A model generated the notes under the pieces. It did no database searches and was not told the DNA's origin. It saw nothing but the letters and a program-made list of their open reading frames with translations. From assembly GCA_031429315.1 (NCBI GenBank), contig JANOZJ010000401.1:4658-68657 (forward strand): a DNA stretch of 64,000 nt. The letters run 5' to 3'. The position numbers and the translations under genes were made by a program. This stretch comes from Akkermansiaceae bacterium. Lineage in GTDB: Bacteria; Verrucomicrobiota; Verrucomicrobiia; Verrucomicrobiales; Akkermansiaceae. Numbering within the stretch: position 1 is the stretch's first letter; each line of letters starts with the position of its first letter. Of the stretch, positions 44,501-53,400 are shown piece by piece.

Positions 44501-46486
44501 GCCACCAACGAAACCGGCTTCAAGATCGAGCGGAAAACCGGCGCAGGTGGCACCTATGCACAGATCGCCACGGCGGGAGCAAACGCGACGACTTACCTGT
44601 CCACCGGCCTGACTGCGGGCACGGACTATTTCTACCGGGTGCGCGCCACCAGTGCCGCCGGAGATTCCGCCTACTCGCCCGAGGCCGGTGCCACGACCGT
44701 CGCTGTGGCCGCCTCGCTGACCAACGGCAGCTTTGAATCCAACTTCACGGGATGGACCTTGACCGGGAACGCGTTCATCGAATCGACACCCTACTACACC
44801 GCCACTGACGGGGTCAAACTGGTCTCGTTCAATGGTGACAGCACAAGCGATGTGGCACCCACCGGGGTGCTTTCACAGACCTTTACGACCTCACCCGGGA
44901 CAACTTACACGCTGGCCTTTGACATGGGTGCGACCGGCTCGGCCGCCGTACAGCAAATACTTCGGGTCACAGTGGATGGAGCGGGCAATCTCCTGACCCA
45001 GGATGTGACGAAGACCAGCAATGGAACCTTTACCTCTCAATGGAGTGCCAATAGCTACACCTTTGTGGCCAACAGTGCGACGGCGACCCTGACCTTCCGC
45101 GACCTCTCCACGACTACCATCGGCGTCGATGCCCTGCTCGACAACGTCCGGGTCACCGCTAATACCAACACCCCGCCGACGATCACCGACGTCGCGGACA
45201 AATCCACCAACGAGGATGCCGTCACCTCCGCCATCGCCTTCACAATCGGCGACTTTGAAACCGCCGCCGCCGATCTAACCGTCAGCAGCGCCTCGTCAAA
45301 CCCGTCTCTGGTCCCGCTCGCCAACGTGATCCTCGGCGGCAGCGGCGCGAACCGCACCGTCACCATCACCCCGGCGGCCAACCAGAGCGGAAGCTCCACC
45401 ATCACCCTAACCGTTAGCGACGGCAGCCTCACCGCAAGCGAAACCTTCGTGCTCACGGTCACGCCGGTGAACGATCCGCCGACGATCGCCGACGTCGCGG
45501 ACGAATCCACCGATGAGGATGCCGTCACCTCCGCCATCGCCTTCACAATCGGCGACCTTGAAACCGCGACCGCCGATCTAACCGTCAGCAGCGCCTCGTC
45601 AAATCCGTCTCTGGTCCCGCTGGCCAACGTGATCCTCGGCGGCAGCGGCGCGAACCGCACCGTGACAATCACCCCGGCGGCCAATCAGAGCGGCAGCTCC
45701 ACCATCACCCTAACCGTCAGCGACGGCAGCCTCACCGCCAGCGACACCTTCGTGCTCACGGTCACGCCGGTGAACGATCCGCCACTTGCGATCGCGCAAC
45801 CAGTTTCGCTGGCCGAAGATGGCACGGTCGAAATCACCCTGACCGGCAGCGACCTCGACGGCAACAGCCTGACTTTTCTAACGGGCAACGCGACCCACGG
45901 CACGGTGAGCCTGGCAGGAGCGGTCGCCACCTACACGCCATCCGCCAACTTCCACGGTCCCGACAGTTTCACCTTCACCGCCAACGACGGCATCGTGGAT
46001 TCCGCTCCAGCGGTGATTTCGATCACCGTCAGCGAGGTGTTGAGTGATGATTTTATCGATTGGCTTGCCGAGCGTAGCCTTGTTGCCGCCGCCGAAATGG
46101 ATTCAGACAGTGACTCGGTCCGCAACGCGGTGGAATATTTGATTGGAGGCGATCCCGTGACTGGTTCGGACGTCAATCTCCTGCCGACAACCTCTTCGTT
46201 TGTGGCTCTTCCTGGCGGGAACCCGGAAAATCTCGACTACGTCCGTTTCACCTACCGCCGGACGGATCGGGCAAACAACAATCCGTCTGCGAGTATCAAA
46301 GTCGAATGGGGCACCCACTTGGTTGGCCCATGGGCGGATGCGGGGATCACGGCAAACGTGGTGGTGATTGTGACTGATGATGGATTCGACGCCGGAGTGG
46401 ATCGCGTGGACGTTTACCTGCCGCGTTCACTTGCCGTCGATGGCAGGTTTTTCATCCGACTTGGAGTTACCATTACCCCGCCATGA
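41555..46486 (+). CDS. Exported multidomain protein: N,N-dimethylformamidase beta-subunit-like (DUF6605) domain, Ig, 2 DUF642-like, Fn3-associated, 2 Fn3, 2 cadherin-like/tandem-95, Big_9-like, conserved C-terminal domain
   Basis: IQGFATDFSVNRG, IYRLGYYGG, TWQAYNNYGG, VSYNRPF, SVGHDEYWS, GALVFGAGTIQWSWGL; NGSFES..W; ATPTFSP..GTY; WVDNATNETGFKIER x2. Alternative start at 41531. Confidence 0.8.
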   Translation: MVFLKKRYLRAFGLLKVAACSLSLLATVLLCLGLAGRLHGSIASENALTGNLPSEWDVNGIGDPSIQGFATDFSVNRGTTVQFKINTTASAYHIDIYRLGYYGGRGARKVATINPSASLPQIQPAFVSDPATGLVDCGNWAVSASWAVPASATSGVYIARPARTDNSGASHIIFIVRDDAGASDFLFQTADTTWQAYNNYGGINLYRYLNVPPYRAYKVSYNRPFNNRGGTQYAERESFLFNAEYPMIRWMEANGYNVSYASGMDTDRRGSGALLTHKVFLSVGHDEYWSGQQRTNIEAARAGGVHLGFFSGNELYWKTRWENSIAGPSTANRTLVCYKETRSNAKIDPSPAWTGTWRDPRFSPPSDGGRPENAVTGQFFTVDAFRNDPMMISSAEGKMRFWRNTGIDTLATGQTAQLPAGVLGFEWNEVRDNGFLPSGLFRLSTTTFAVDAYLQDYGSTFAPGVATHSMTLYRHASGALVFGAGTIQWSWGLDATHDFAGTPVDVRMKQATVNLFADMGVQPATLQAGLVAATASTDMIAPTSVIQMVSGGTLQTGAPVNILGTAADTGGGNPAGVEFSYDGGATWHLATGAANWSGTWTPFDHGPITFRSRAVDDSGRIENPGPGISATVSGGVNNGSFESGATGWTTTGNLVIGSPYSVATHGTKLVAFNSGDLTPNGVLSQTFATVAGQTYTLAFDAGVIANNTNSQNLLVTVVGTSSLLSQSIVINGLGGLATRWVPQSFTFVADSASATLTFRDQSATSGSLDLLLDKVRVTSATLPQVATPTFSPVGGTYLAAQSVALSDTTPGAAIYYTTNGSTPTAQSTFYTTPITVATTTTIKAIAVLSGWSNSVVASATYTIQLPAAPSSLTATTISVSQIDLAWVDNATNETGFKIERKTGAGGTYAQIATAGVNSTTYTDTGLTAGATYFYQVRATNGSGNSSYSPEASAIPAAVPAAPSGLTATAVSVSQINLTWVDNATNETGFKIERKTGAGGTYAQIATAGANATTYLSTGLTAGTDYFYRVRATSAAGDSAYSPEAGATTVAVAASLTNGSFESNFTGWTLTGNAFIESTPYYTATDGVKLVSFNGDSTSDVAPTGVLSQTFTTSPGTTYTLAFDMGATGSAAVQQILRVTVDGAGNLLTQDVTKTSNGTFTSQWSANSYTFVANSATATLTFRDLSTTTIGVDALLDNVRVTANTNTPPTITDVADKSTNEDAVTSAIAFTIGDFETAAADLTVSSASSNPSLVPLANVILGGSGANRTVTITPAANQSGSSTITLTVSDGSLTASETFVLTVTPVNDPPTIADVADESTDEDAVTSAIAFTIGDLETATADLTVSSASSNPSLVPLANVILGGSGANRTVTITPAANQSGSSTITLTVSDGSLTASDTFVLTVTPVNDPPLAIAQPVSLAEDGTVEITLTGSDLDGNSLTFLTGNATHGTVSLAGAVATYTPSANFHGPDSFTFTANDGIVDSAPAVISITVSEVLSDDFIDWLAERSLVAAAEMDSDSDSVRNAVEYLIGGDPVTGSDVNLLPTTSSFVALPGGNPENLDYVRFTYRRTDRANNNPSASIKVEWGTHLVGPWADAGITANVVVIVTDDGFDAGVDRVDVYLPRSLAVDGRFFIRLGVTITPP
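41677..43440 (+). repeat. ~1.75 kb near-identical duplication (copy 1) of the DUF6605-like plus Ig region
   Basis: Aligns by eye with ~50498-52262 at an offset of about 8822 bp, with long identical runs. Confidence 0.85.
45170..45780 (+). repeat. Two tandem 303-bp (101 aa) near-identical cadherin-like units
   Basis: PPTI(T/A)DVAD.ST.EDAVTSAIAFTIGD...FVLTVTPVND starts at ~45173 and again at ~45476. Confidence 0.85.
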
Positions 46487-49400
46487 TGAGTTTTCGGTTG
46501 AAACCTGAAGCCTCGGTGTTGCGGCACCCGCCAAATGACGCTACGCTCGGCGCCGTGGAACTGTCATTTTTCACTCAGAGGTTGAAGAGGATGGTCGCCA
46601 TCACCGTTTGCGCGTGCTGGGGAGTTCCGTGCCTGTTGCATGGGCAAGTCCAGCGGACTCTCACGGTGGCCTCCATGCCTAACAGCGGAGTGGCCGTGAC
46701 TCTGGCCCCCGTCGATCTCAACGGCGCAAGTGGCGCGGCGACAGAGTTCAGCCGCCAGTATTTCGATGGGACTGTGGTGACCCTGACCGCTCCCCCCACA
46801 TTCGGGGGCGATTTTTTCGTCAAATGGCAGCTCAACGGGGTGGATTTAAGCACCGACCCAAGCACCAACGTGACGTTGAGTCACAACCGCACCATGACCG
46901 CGATTTACTCGGCGACCAATCAGGTGCTGGTCAACGGCAGCTTCGAAGACGACTTCACCGCGTGGACCGTGACCGGAAACGCGTTCATCGAATCCGCAGC
47001 GCCGCCATCCTACACCGCGACGGATGGGGTCAAACTGGCTTCGTTCAATGGCACCAGCACCAGTGATGTGCCTCCCACTGGAGTGCTGTCACAAACTTTC
47101 CCGACCCTAGCGGGAGTCACCTACATGCTGGCGTTTGACATGGGCGTGATTGGCACGAACCCCGAGGAGCAAACACTCGAAGTCAAGGTTGAGGGGGCTG
47201 GCATTCTCCTAACACAAAATGCTGCGGAGACTAGCAATGGAACCAACTCCTCCCAGTGGGCCGCGAAGAGCTACCCTTTCGTGGCCAACAGCACGACGAC
47301 GACCTTGACCTTCCGTGACATCTCCACCGTCACCGCTGGCGTTGACGCCTTGCTCGACAATGTGCGGGTCACCACCGACGGTTCGGTCACCGTGCCGCTG
47401 GCAGTGAACGATTCCGCCACGATCCATTCGGGGCAAAAGGTCCGGCTCCCGGTGCTGGCCAACGATACTGGCACCTTCGACCCGAACCTGTTGGAGATCG
47501 TTTCGCCGCCCGCGACGGGCACCGCCACCATCGTGTCTCCAGGTGAAATCCTCTACACGCATCCAGGCGCGGACACGGCTCCGGTGAGTTTCACCTATCG
47601 GGTCTCGGGCGCGGGCGGACAATCGCTGCCGGCCACCGTTGCCATCACGATTTCGCCGGCGCTGCGCATCCCCAATAACAACCTCAACGTGCCTGCCGCG
47701 CCGCCCCCGACGGCGGTGCAAGTCGTCCCGGCCTTCCCGGGCGTGACCTTCACGGACCCGCTCTGCTTTGTCAGCCCGCCGGGCGATACGAGTCGCCTGT
47801 TCGTTTGTGAATTCGGCGGCCGGATCAAAGTCATCCCCGACGTGACGGCGGCCACTCCGACGTCCTCGCTGGTGCTAGACCTGCCTGCCGTCATCTCGAC
47901 ACCGCCGCGGACGCCGGCGGAAAGCTTTGTGCCTGGACCCGACGGCGAGGCCGGATTGCTGGGGATGGCGTTCCATCCGGACTATGCGACCAACGGCTAT
48001 TTCTATGTCTCCTACATGATCGCCAAGGCCACGGACTCGTCGGTCTGGTATCAACGGCTGTCGCGCTTCACCGTTCCTGCGGCGCAGATCGGCCAGCCCG
48101 CGCCCGCAGCCAATCCGTCGTCGGAACTCATCCTCATCGAGCAACGGGACCGTAGTTTCGGCCATAACGGCAGCGACCTGCATTTCGGTGCGGATGGTTA
48201 CCTCTACTGGTCGATCGGCGACGAAGGATGGGAGGCTGGCTTGACTAACAACGCGCAGCGCATCGACATGAATTTCTTTTCCGCGATGTTGCGGATCGAT
48301 GTGGATAAAAAGCCGGGCAACCTTGAGCCGAATGCCCATCCAAACCCCGCCGCCGCAGGGCTGGGGCTGAATACGGTGAATGCCATTCCACGCGATGAAA
48401 TCCCGGCTGGCTCGGGAAATTTCTTCGCCCGTTACAGCATTCCGCTCGACAACCCGTTTGTCTCCACCAGCCAGGGCGGCACTTGGAATGGCGTGTTCAA
48501 TGGCAACGCGATCACCGCGCCAAACCTGCCGTATGTCCGCTCGGAGTTCTGGGCCGTCGGGCTGCGCAGTCCATGGCGGTTTTCCATCGACGAGCCCACC
48601 GGAGAGATCTGGCTCGGCGATGTCGGCTTTGAGACTTACGAGGAGGTCGATCTCATCACCAAAGGCGCGAACTACGGCTGGGCGTTCCGCGAGGGGAAGC
48701 ACAACGGAGTCACCTCGCCGCCACCGGGGGCCACCGCGACCGATCCAATTTACGAATATGCCCACAACAACCAGCCCGGTGATTCGACTTTCAAAGGCAA
48801 CTCCATCATCGGCGGCGTGGTCTATCGTGGCACCCGGTTTGCCAGCCTCGCGGGTGCTTACATTTTCGGCGATCACATCTCCGGGCACATCTGGGCGTTG
48901 ACCCGACCCGGCGGGGTGCCCACCGTCGAGCGGATCGCCGGTCAGGCCGGACTGACCACCTTTGGTGCGGATCCGTCTAACGGCGACGTCCTGGTTTCCG
49001 ACTACTTTGGCGGCCGCATCATGCGGATCGTCACCGGGACGCCGAGCACCGGTTATCCCGCCACGCTCAGCGCGACCCGGTTGTTTGCGGATCTCGCCGA
49101 TCTTTCCCCCGCGCCGGGAGTCCTGCCCTACGCGCCGAATCTCGCGTTCTGGAGCGACTATGCGATCAAACGCCGGTGGTTCATCATCCCCGACGCGACC
49201 AGCACGATGACCTGGTCCCGCGATGACTCGTGGACGTTTCCGAGCGGGCAAATCTGGGTGAAACATTTCGACCTCGAAACCGAGCGTGGCAATTTGGCGT
49301 CGCCCAAGAAGCGGATAGAAACCCGCCTGCTGGTGAAGAATGACGCCGGGGTTTACGGAGTGAGCTATCGGTGGAACGAAGCCGGCACCGAGGCCACCCT

Positions 49401-50370
49401 CGCGGCCGACGGCGGCGAGGATTTCCCCGTGGAGATCACCGTCAACGGCGCGCCTTACACCCAGCAATGGACCATCCCGAGTCGTGCGCAATGCATCACC
49501 TGCCACTCGCCGCAAGCTGGCCATGCGCTGTCGTTCAATACCCGTCAGCTCAATCTTGAAACCCCGATCAACGGCTTCGCAGGCAACCAGCTCGATCTGT
49601 TGCGCGTCCATGGCTATTTCTCTAACACCCCGGAAGCGTCCAATGTCCTGCCGCGGCATTTGCGGCCGGGGGAGACCGCCTATCCTCTCGAAGCCCGCGT
49701 GCGTTCGTATCTGGCGGTTAATTGCTCTTACTGCCACGCTGGGGCAGCCGGCACCGCGCCTCCGGCGTGGGATGGCCGCCACGAGTTGACGCTGGATCAA
49801 ACCGGACTCATCAATGGTGCCACCACCCAGGCGGGTGACCCGTTCCGTCTCATTGTCCCTGACCACCCTGAGAGTTCGGTAGTTCTTCAACGCATCGGCG
49901 CGACTGGCGGCTTCACCCGGATGCCACCGCTGGGGACTCACGAAGTCAATCCAGCGGACATTGCGTTGGTCTCCGATTGGATCGACCAATCGCTGCCAAG
50001 CCGCGTCGGCTATGCCCAGTGGCGGCTGGCGACTTTCGCATCGTCAACTTCCCCGGAAGGCGACCCATCCGCAGACCCGGATGGCGACGGTGCCGACAAC
50101 CAGGCCGAATTCCTCGCGGGCACGCTCGCATCAAGCGGCGGCAGTTTCCCAAGTCCGGGATTGAGTCTAGCGGGCTCCACCGTGACTCTCGGTTTCACCA
50201 TTCCTGAAAACCGATCCGTGCAGGTGGAAACTTCGGGCAACCTGATAGACTGGTCGTTGTGGGACATCCCGACTAACAATGGAATCGCGCTGCCCGGTGG
50301 CCCCGCCACCTTTAGCGGTCCGGCCAGCGGCCCTAACCAATTCTACCGACTTCTCATTCGCGAACGCTGA
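46483..50370 (+). CDS. Exported PQQ-dependent sugar dehydrogenase-like (GSDH) propeller fused to a di-heme c-type cytochrome, with DUF642-like/Ig N-terminus and conserved C-terminal domain
   Basis: EAGLLGMAFHPDY..NGYFYV, HNGSDLHFGADGYLY.SIGDEG, YSIPLDNPF, EFWAVGLRSPWRFSID, GANYGW; LAFWSDYAIKRRW, IETRLLV; CITCH (49492) and CSYCH (49723); RMPPLG. Confidence 0.85.
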   Translation: MMSFRLKPEASVLRHPPNDATLGAVELSFFTQRLKRMVAITVCACWGVPCLLHGQVQRTLTVASMPNSGVAVTLAPVDLNGASGAATEFSRQYFDGTVVTLTAPPTFGGDFFVKWQLNGVDLSTDPSTNVTLSHNRTMTAIYSATNQVLVNGSFEDDFTAWTVTGNAFIESAAPPSYTATDGVKLASFNGTSTSDVPPTGVLSQTFPTLAGVTYMLAFDMGVIGTNPEEQTLEVKVEGAGILLTQNAAETSNGTNSSQWAAKSYPFVANSTTTTLTFRDISTVTAGVDALLDNVRVTTDGSVTVPLAVNDSATIHSGQKVRLPVLANDTGTFDPNLLEIVSPPATGTATIVSPGEILYTHPGADTAPVSFTYRVSGAGGQSLPATVAITISPALRIPNNNLNVPAAPPPTAVQVVPAFPGVTFTDPLCFVSPPGDTSRLFVCEFGGRIKVIPDVTAATPTSSLVLDLPAVISTPPRTPAESFVPGPDGEAGLLGMAFHPDYATNGYFYVSYMIAKATDSSVWYQRLSRFTVPAAQIGQPAPAANPSSELILIEQRDRSFGHNGSDLHFGADGYLYWSIGDEGWEAGLTNNAQRIDMNFFSAMLRIDVDKKPGNLEPNAHPNPAAAGLGLNTVNAIPRDEIPAGSGNFFARYSIPLDNPFVSTSQGGTWNGVFNGNAITAPNLPYVRSEFWAVGLRSPWRFSIDEPTGEIWLGDVGFETYEEVDLITKGANYGWAFREGKHNGVTSPPPGATATDPIYEYAHNNQPGDSTFKGNSIIGGVVYRGTRFASLAGAYIFGDHISGHIWALTRPGGVPTVERIAGQAGLTTFGADPSNGDVLVSDYFGGRIMRIVTGTPSTGYPATLSATRLFADLADLSPAPGVLPYAPNLAFWSDYAIKRRWFIIPDATSTMTWSRDDSWTFPSGQIWVKHFDLETERGNLASPKKRIETRLLVKNDAGVYGVSYRWNEAGTEATLAADGGEDFPVEITVNGAPYTQQWTIPSRAQCITCHSPQAGHALSFNTRQLNLETPINGFAGNQLDLLRVHGYFSNTPEASNVLPRHLRPGETAYPLEARVRSYLAVNCSYCHAGAAGTAPPAWDGRHELTLDQTGLINGATTQAGDPFRLIVPDHPESSVVLQRIGATGGFTRMPPLGTHEVNPADIALVSDWIDQSLPSRVGYAQWRLATFASSTSPEGDPSADPDGDGADNQAEFLAGTLASSGGSFPSPGLSLAGSTVTLGFTIPENRSVQVETSGNLIDWSLWDIPTNNGIALPGGPATFSGPASGPNQFYRLLIRER

Positions 50371-50409
50371 GAGCGGTCGTCCTTGCCTGAGGAAAGCCAA
50401 ATCAAATCG

Positions 50410-53400
50410 ATGCACCCACTTTGCTGTCATAGCTTCCGACTTCTCTTTCTCTGCTTGGTGATCCTGTGCTTGGGATCGCTCGGTCGCCTTGGTGCTTCCA
50501 TCGCCAGCGAGAATGCACTGCTTGGAAACTTGTCTAGCGAGTGGGACGTCAACGGGATCGGCGATCCGAGCATCCAGGGCTTCGCCACCGACTTCAGCGT
50601 AAATCGCGGTACGACGGTCGAGTTCAAGATCAACACCACCGCCTCGGCCTATCATATCGATATCTATCGCCTCGGCTATTACGGTGGCCTCGGCGCGCGC
50701 AAGGTGGCCACGATCAATCCCTCGGCCAGCCTGCCCCAAACCCAGCCGGCCTTCGTCAGTGACTCGGCAACCGGCCTGGTCGATTGCGGCAACTGGGCCG
50801 TTTCCGCCAGTTGGGCGGTGCCGGCCGACGCGACCTCGGGAGTTTACATCGCCCGACCGGTGCGCGCCGACAACAGCGGCGCGAGCCATATCATCTTCAT
50901 CGTCCGCGATGACGCAGGAGCCTCCGATTTCCTGTTCCAGACCGCCGACACGACTTGGCAGGCCTACAACAACTACGGCGGCATCAATTTGTATCGCTAC
51001 GGGAATGTTCCCCCTTTCCGGGCTTACAAGGTCAGTTACAACCGTCCTTTCAACAATCGTGGTGCGACCCAATACGCCGAACGGGAGAGCTTTTTGTTCA
51101 GCGCCGAGTATCCGATGATCCGCTGGATGGAGGCCAATGGTTATGAAGTCAGTTATGCCTCGGGGATGGACACGGATCGCCGGGGATCGGCGGCGCTGCT
51201 CACTCACAAGGTTTTCTTGTCCGTCGGTCATGACGAATATTGGTCCGGTCAGCAGCGGACTAACATCGAGTCCGCCCGCGCGGGCGGGGTGCATCTCGGG
51301 TTTTTCAGCGGCAATGACATGTATTGGAAAACCCGCTGGGAAAACAGCATTGCCGGACCCAGCACAGCTAATCGGACCTTGGTTTGTTACAAGGAGACCC
51401 GATCAAACGCCAAAATCGATCCGTCTCCGGAATGGACGGGCACCTGGCGGGATCCGCGCTTCAGTCCGCCGTCCGACGGTGGGCGACCCGAAAACGCGGT
51501 GACCGGCCAATTCTTTACAGTGGACGCGTTTCGCAACGATCCGATGACGATTTCCTCCAGCGAGGGCAAAGCCAGATTCTGGCGCAACACGGGAATCGAC
51601 ACGCTGGCGACCGGCCAGACCGCGCAGTTGCCAGCCGGGGTGCTGGGCTTCGAGTGGAATGAAGTCAGGGACAATGGCTTCCTGCCGCCCGGACTGTTTC
51701 GTTTGTCCACGACCACCTTTGCGGTGAATGCCTATCTTCAGGATTATGGATCGATCTTCTCACCAGCGACCGCCACCCACAGCATGACGCTCTACCGCCA
51801 CGCCAGCGGTGCGCTGGTCTTCGGCGCGGGCACCATCCAGTGGTCATGGGGCTTGGACGCGACCCACGATTTCGCAGGGACGCCTGTCGATGTGCGGATG
51901 CAACAGGCGACGGTAAACCTGTTCGCGGACATGGACACGCAGTCGGCGACCCTGCAACCCGGCCTGGTTGCCGCGACCGCGTCCACCGACACGCTGGCAC
52001 CCACCTCGGTCATCCTGATGCCACCGGGCGGGACGGTCCGGGCGGGTTCCGTAGTGACGACCATCGGCACGGCCAGCGATGCGGGCGGAGGAAATCCGGC
52101 GGGCGTCGAATTTTCCTACGACGGAGGCACGACTTGGCACCTAGCGAGTGGTGCGGCGCACTGGAGCGCAACGTGGACGGCGGGGGCACAAGGGCTGGCG
52201 ACTCTCAAGAGCCGCGCGGTGGACGACAGTGGCAGGATCGAGAGTCCGGGGCCGGGCATCACCATCGCCGTCGGGCCGCCGCCGGCGGGACAAATTGTGA
52301 ACCTGAACTTCGGCGAAAGCACCGGGACGACGGCGACGGATATTTCAGGAAACGGGAATCACGGGGCGATGCTCAACGGTGCGGGGTGGACCGTAGGGAA
52401 GGTCGGAAGCGGGCTGGGCGTGGACGGACTCAATGACATCGTGCGGCTTGAAAACTCGACGAGTCTGAACACGGCGACCACGGGGGTGACAGTCGCGGCG
52501 TGGCTTTACCGGGAATCCAACCAGACGGGATGGGCGACGGTGGCCTCGCGGCAGTTGGGCACGGCGCACATGGAGCCGTATTTTCTCGGGATCAGCAATG
52601 ATGGGAAATACCGCTGGTTTGTGAACACGGTGGGAGCCGGTTATTCGAGCACCGCGTTAGGGGATGCGGCAGTGCTCGGGCAATGGGTTCATCTGACCGG
52701 GACCTATGACGGCGCGAACGTGCGGCTCTATGTGAACGGAGTGCAGCAGTATGCGACCGCGCACAGCGGACAACTCGCGGACGCGCTCGGTGGCCCTTTG
52801 ACATTGGGTGCGAGTTTCAACGATGCAAGCGGAGTGCCTGTTGAAATACTGCTAGGGCGCATCGATGATTTCCAAATGTACAACCGGGCGCTGAGCCTGA
52901 GCGAGGTGCAATCGCTGTATGCGGGGACGCCGCTACCGCCCAACCTCGACACGACGCCACCCGTTGTCACCGTGGTGTCGCCGTTAGACGGAGCGTCCAA
53001 CGTGAACCGTGGCACGTCCGTGACCGCCCAGTTCAACGAGGCGATGGCACCGTGGACAGTCGCATCATCGAACTACACCTACCCCTATCCGAATGGTGGG
53101 TTCTCATTTCAACCGCTTGCCGATACGGCCCGTCAGAACATGTTGCGGGACTTCAAGATGGGCAACGATCTCCAGTTCACGGTGAGCCAGGTGCCCAATG
53201 GCAACTATGATGTGTATGTCTGGACCTTTGAAGATAACAGTTCACTAACAGCGACCTTGTCGGTGGAGGGTGCTTTCGTGAACAATTACACCAGCGGCCC
53301 GGCCGGGCGCTGGGATCGTCTGGGCCCCTTCCCGGTGACCGTGGCCGATGGCGACATCCAAGTGCGCTCTGAGTGCGCCAATGATTTAGCTTTCGTCAGC

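Noticed and set aside
47875-49989. Long antisense ORFs (704 aa here; also 23207-24808, 17332-18624 and others)
   Set aside because: Typical stop-poor shadow frames of GC-rich genes, with no recognisable motifs.
41677-52262. Near-identical 1.75-kb pair as a DGR TR/VR or IS copies
   Set aside because: Both copies are coding N-termini of paralogs, the differences look mostly synonymous and not A-specific, and there are no transposase features.
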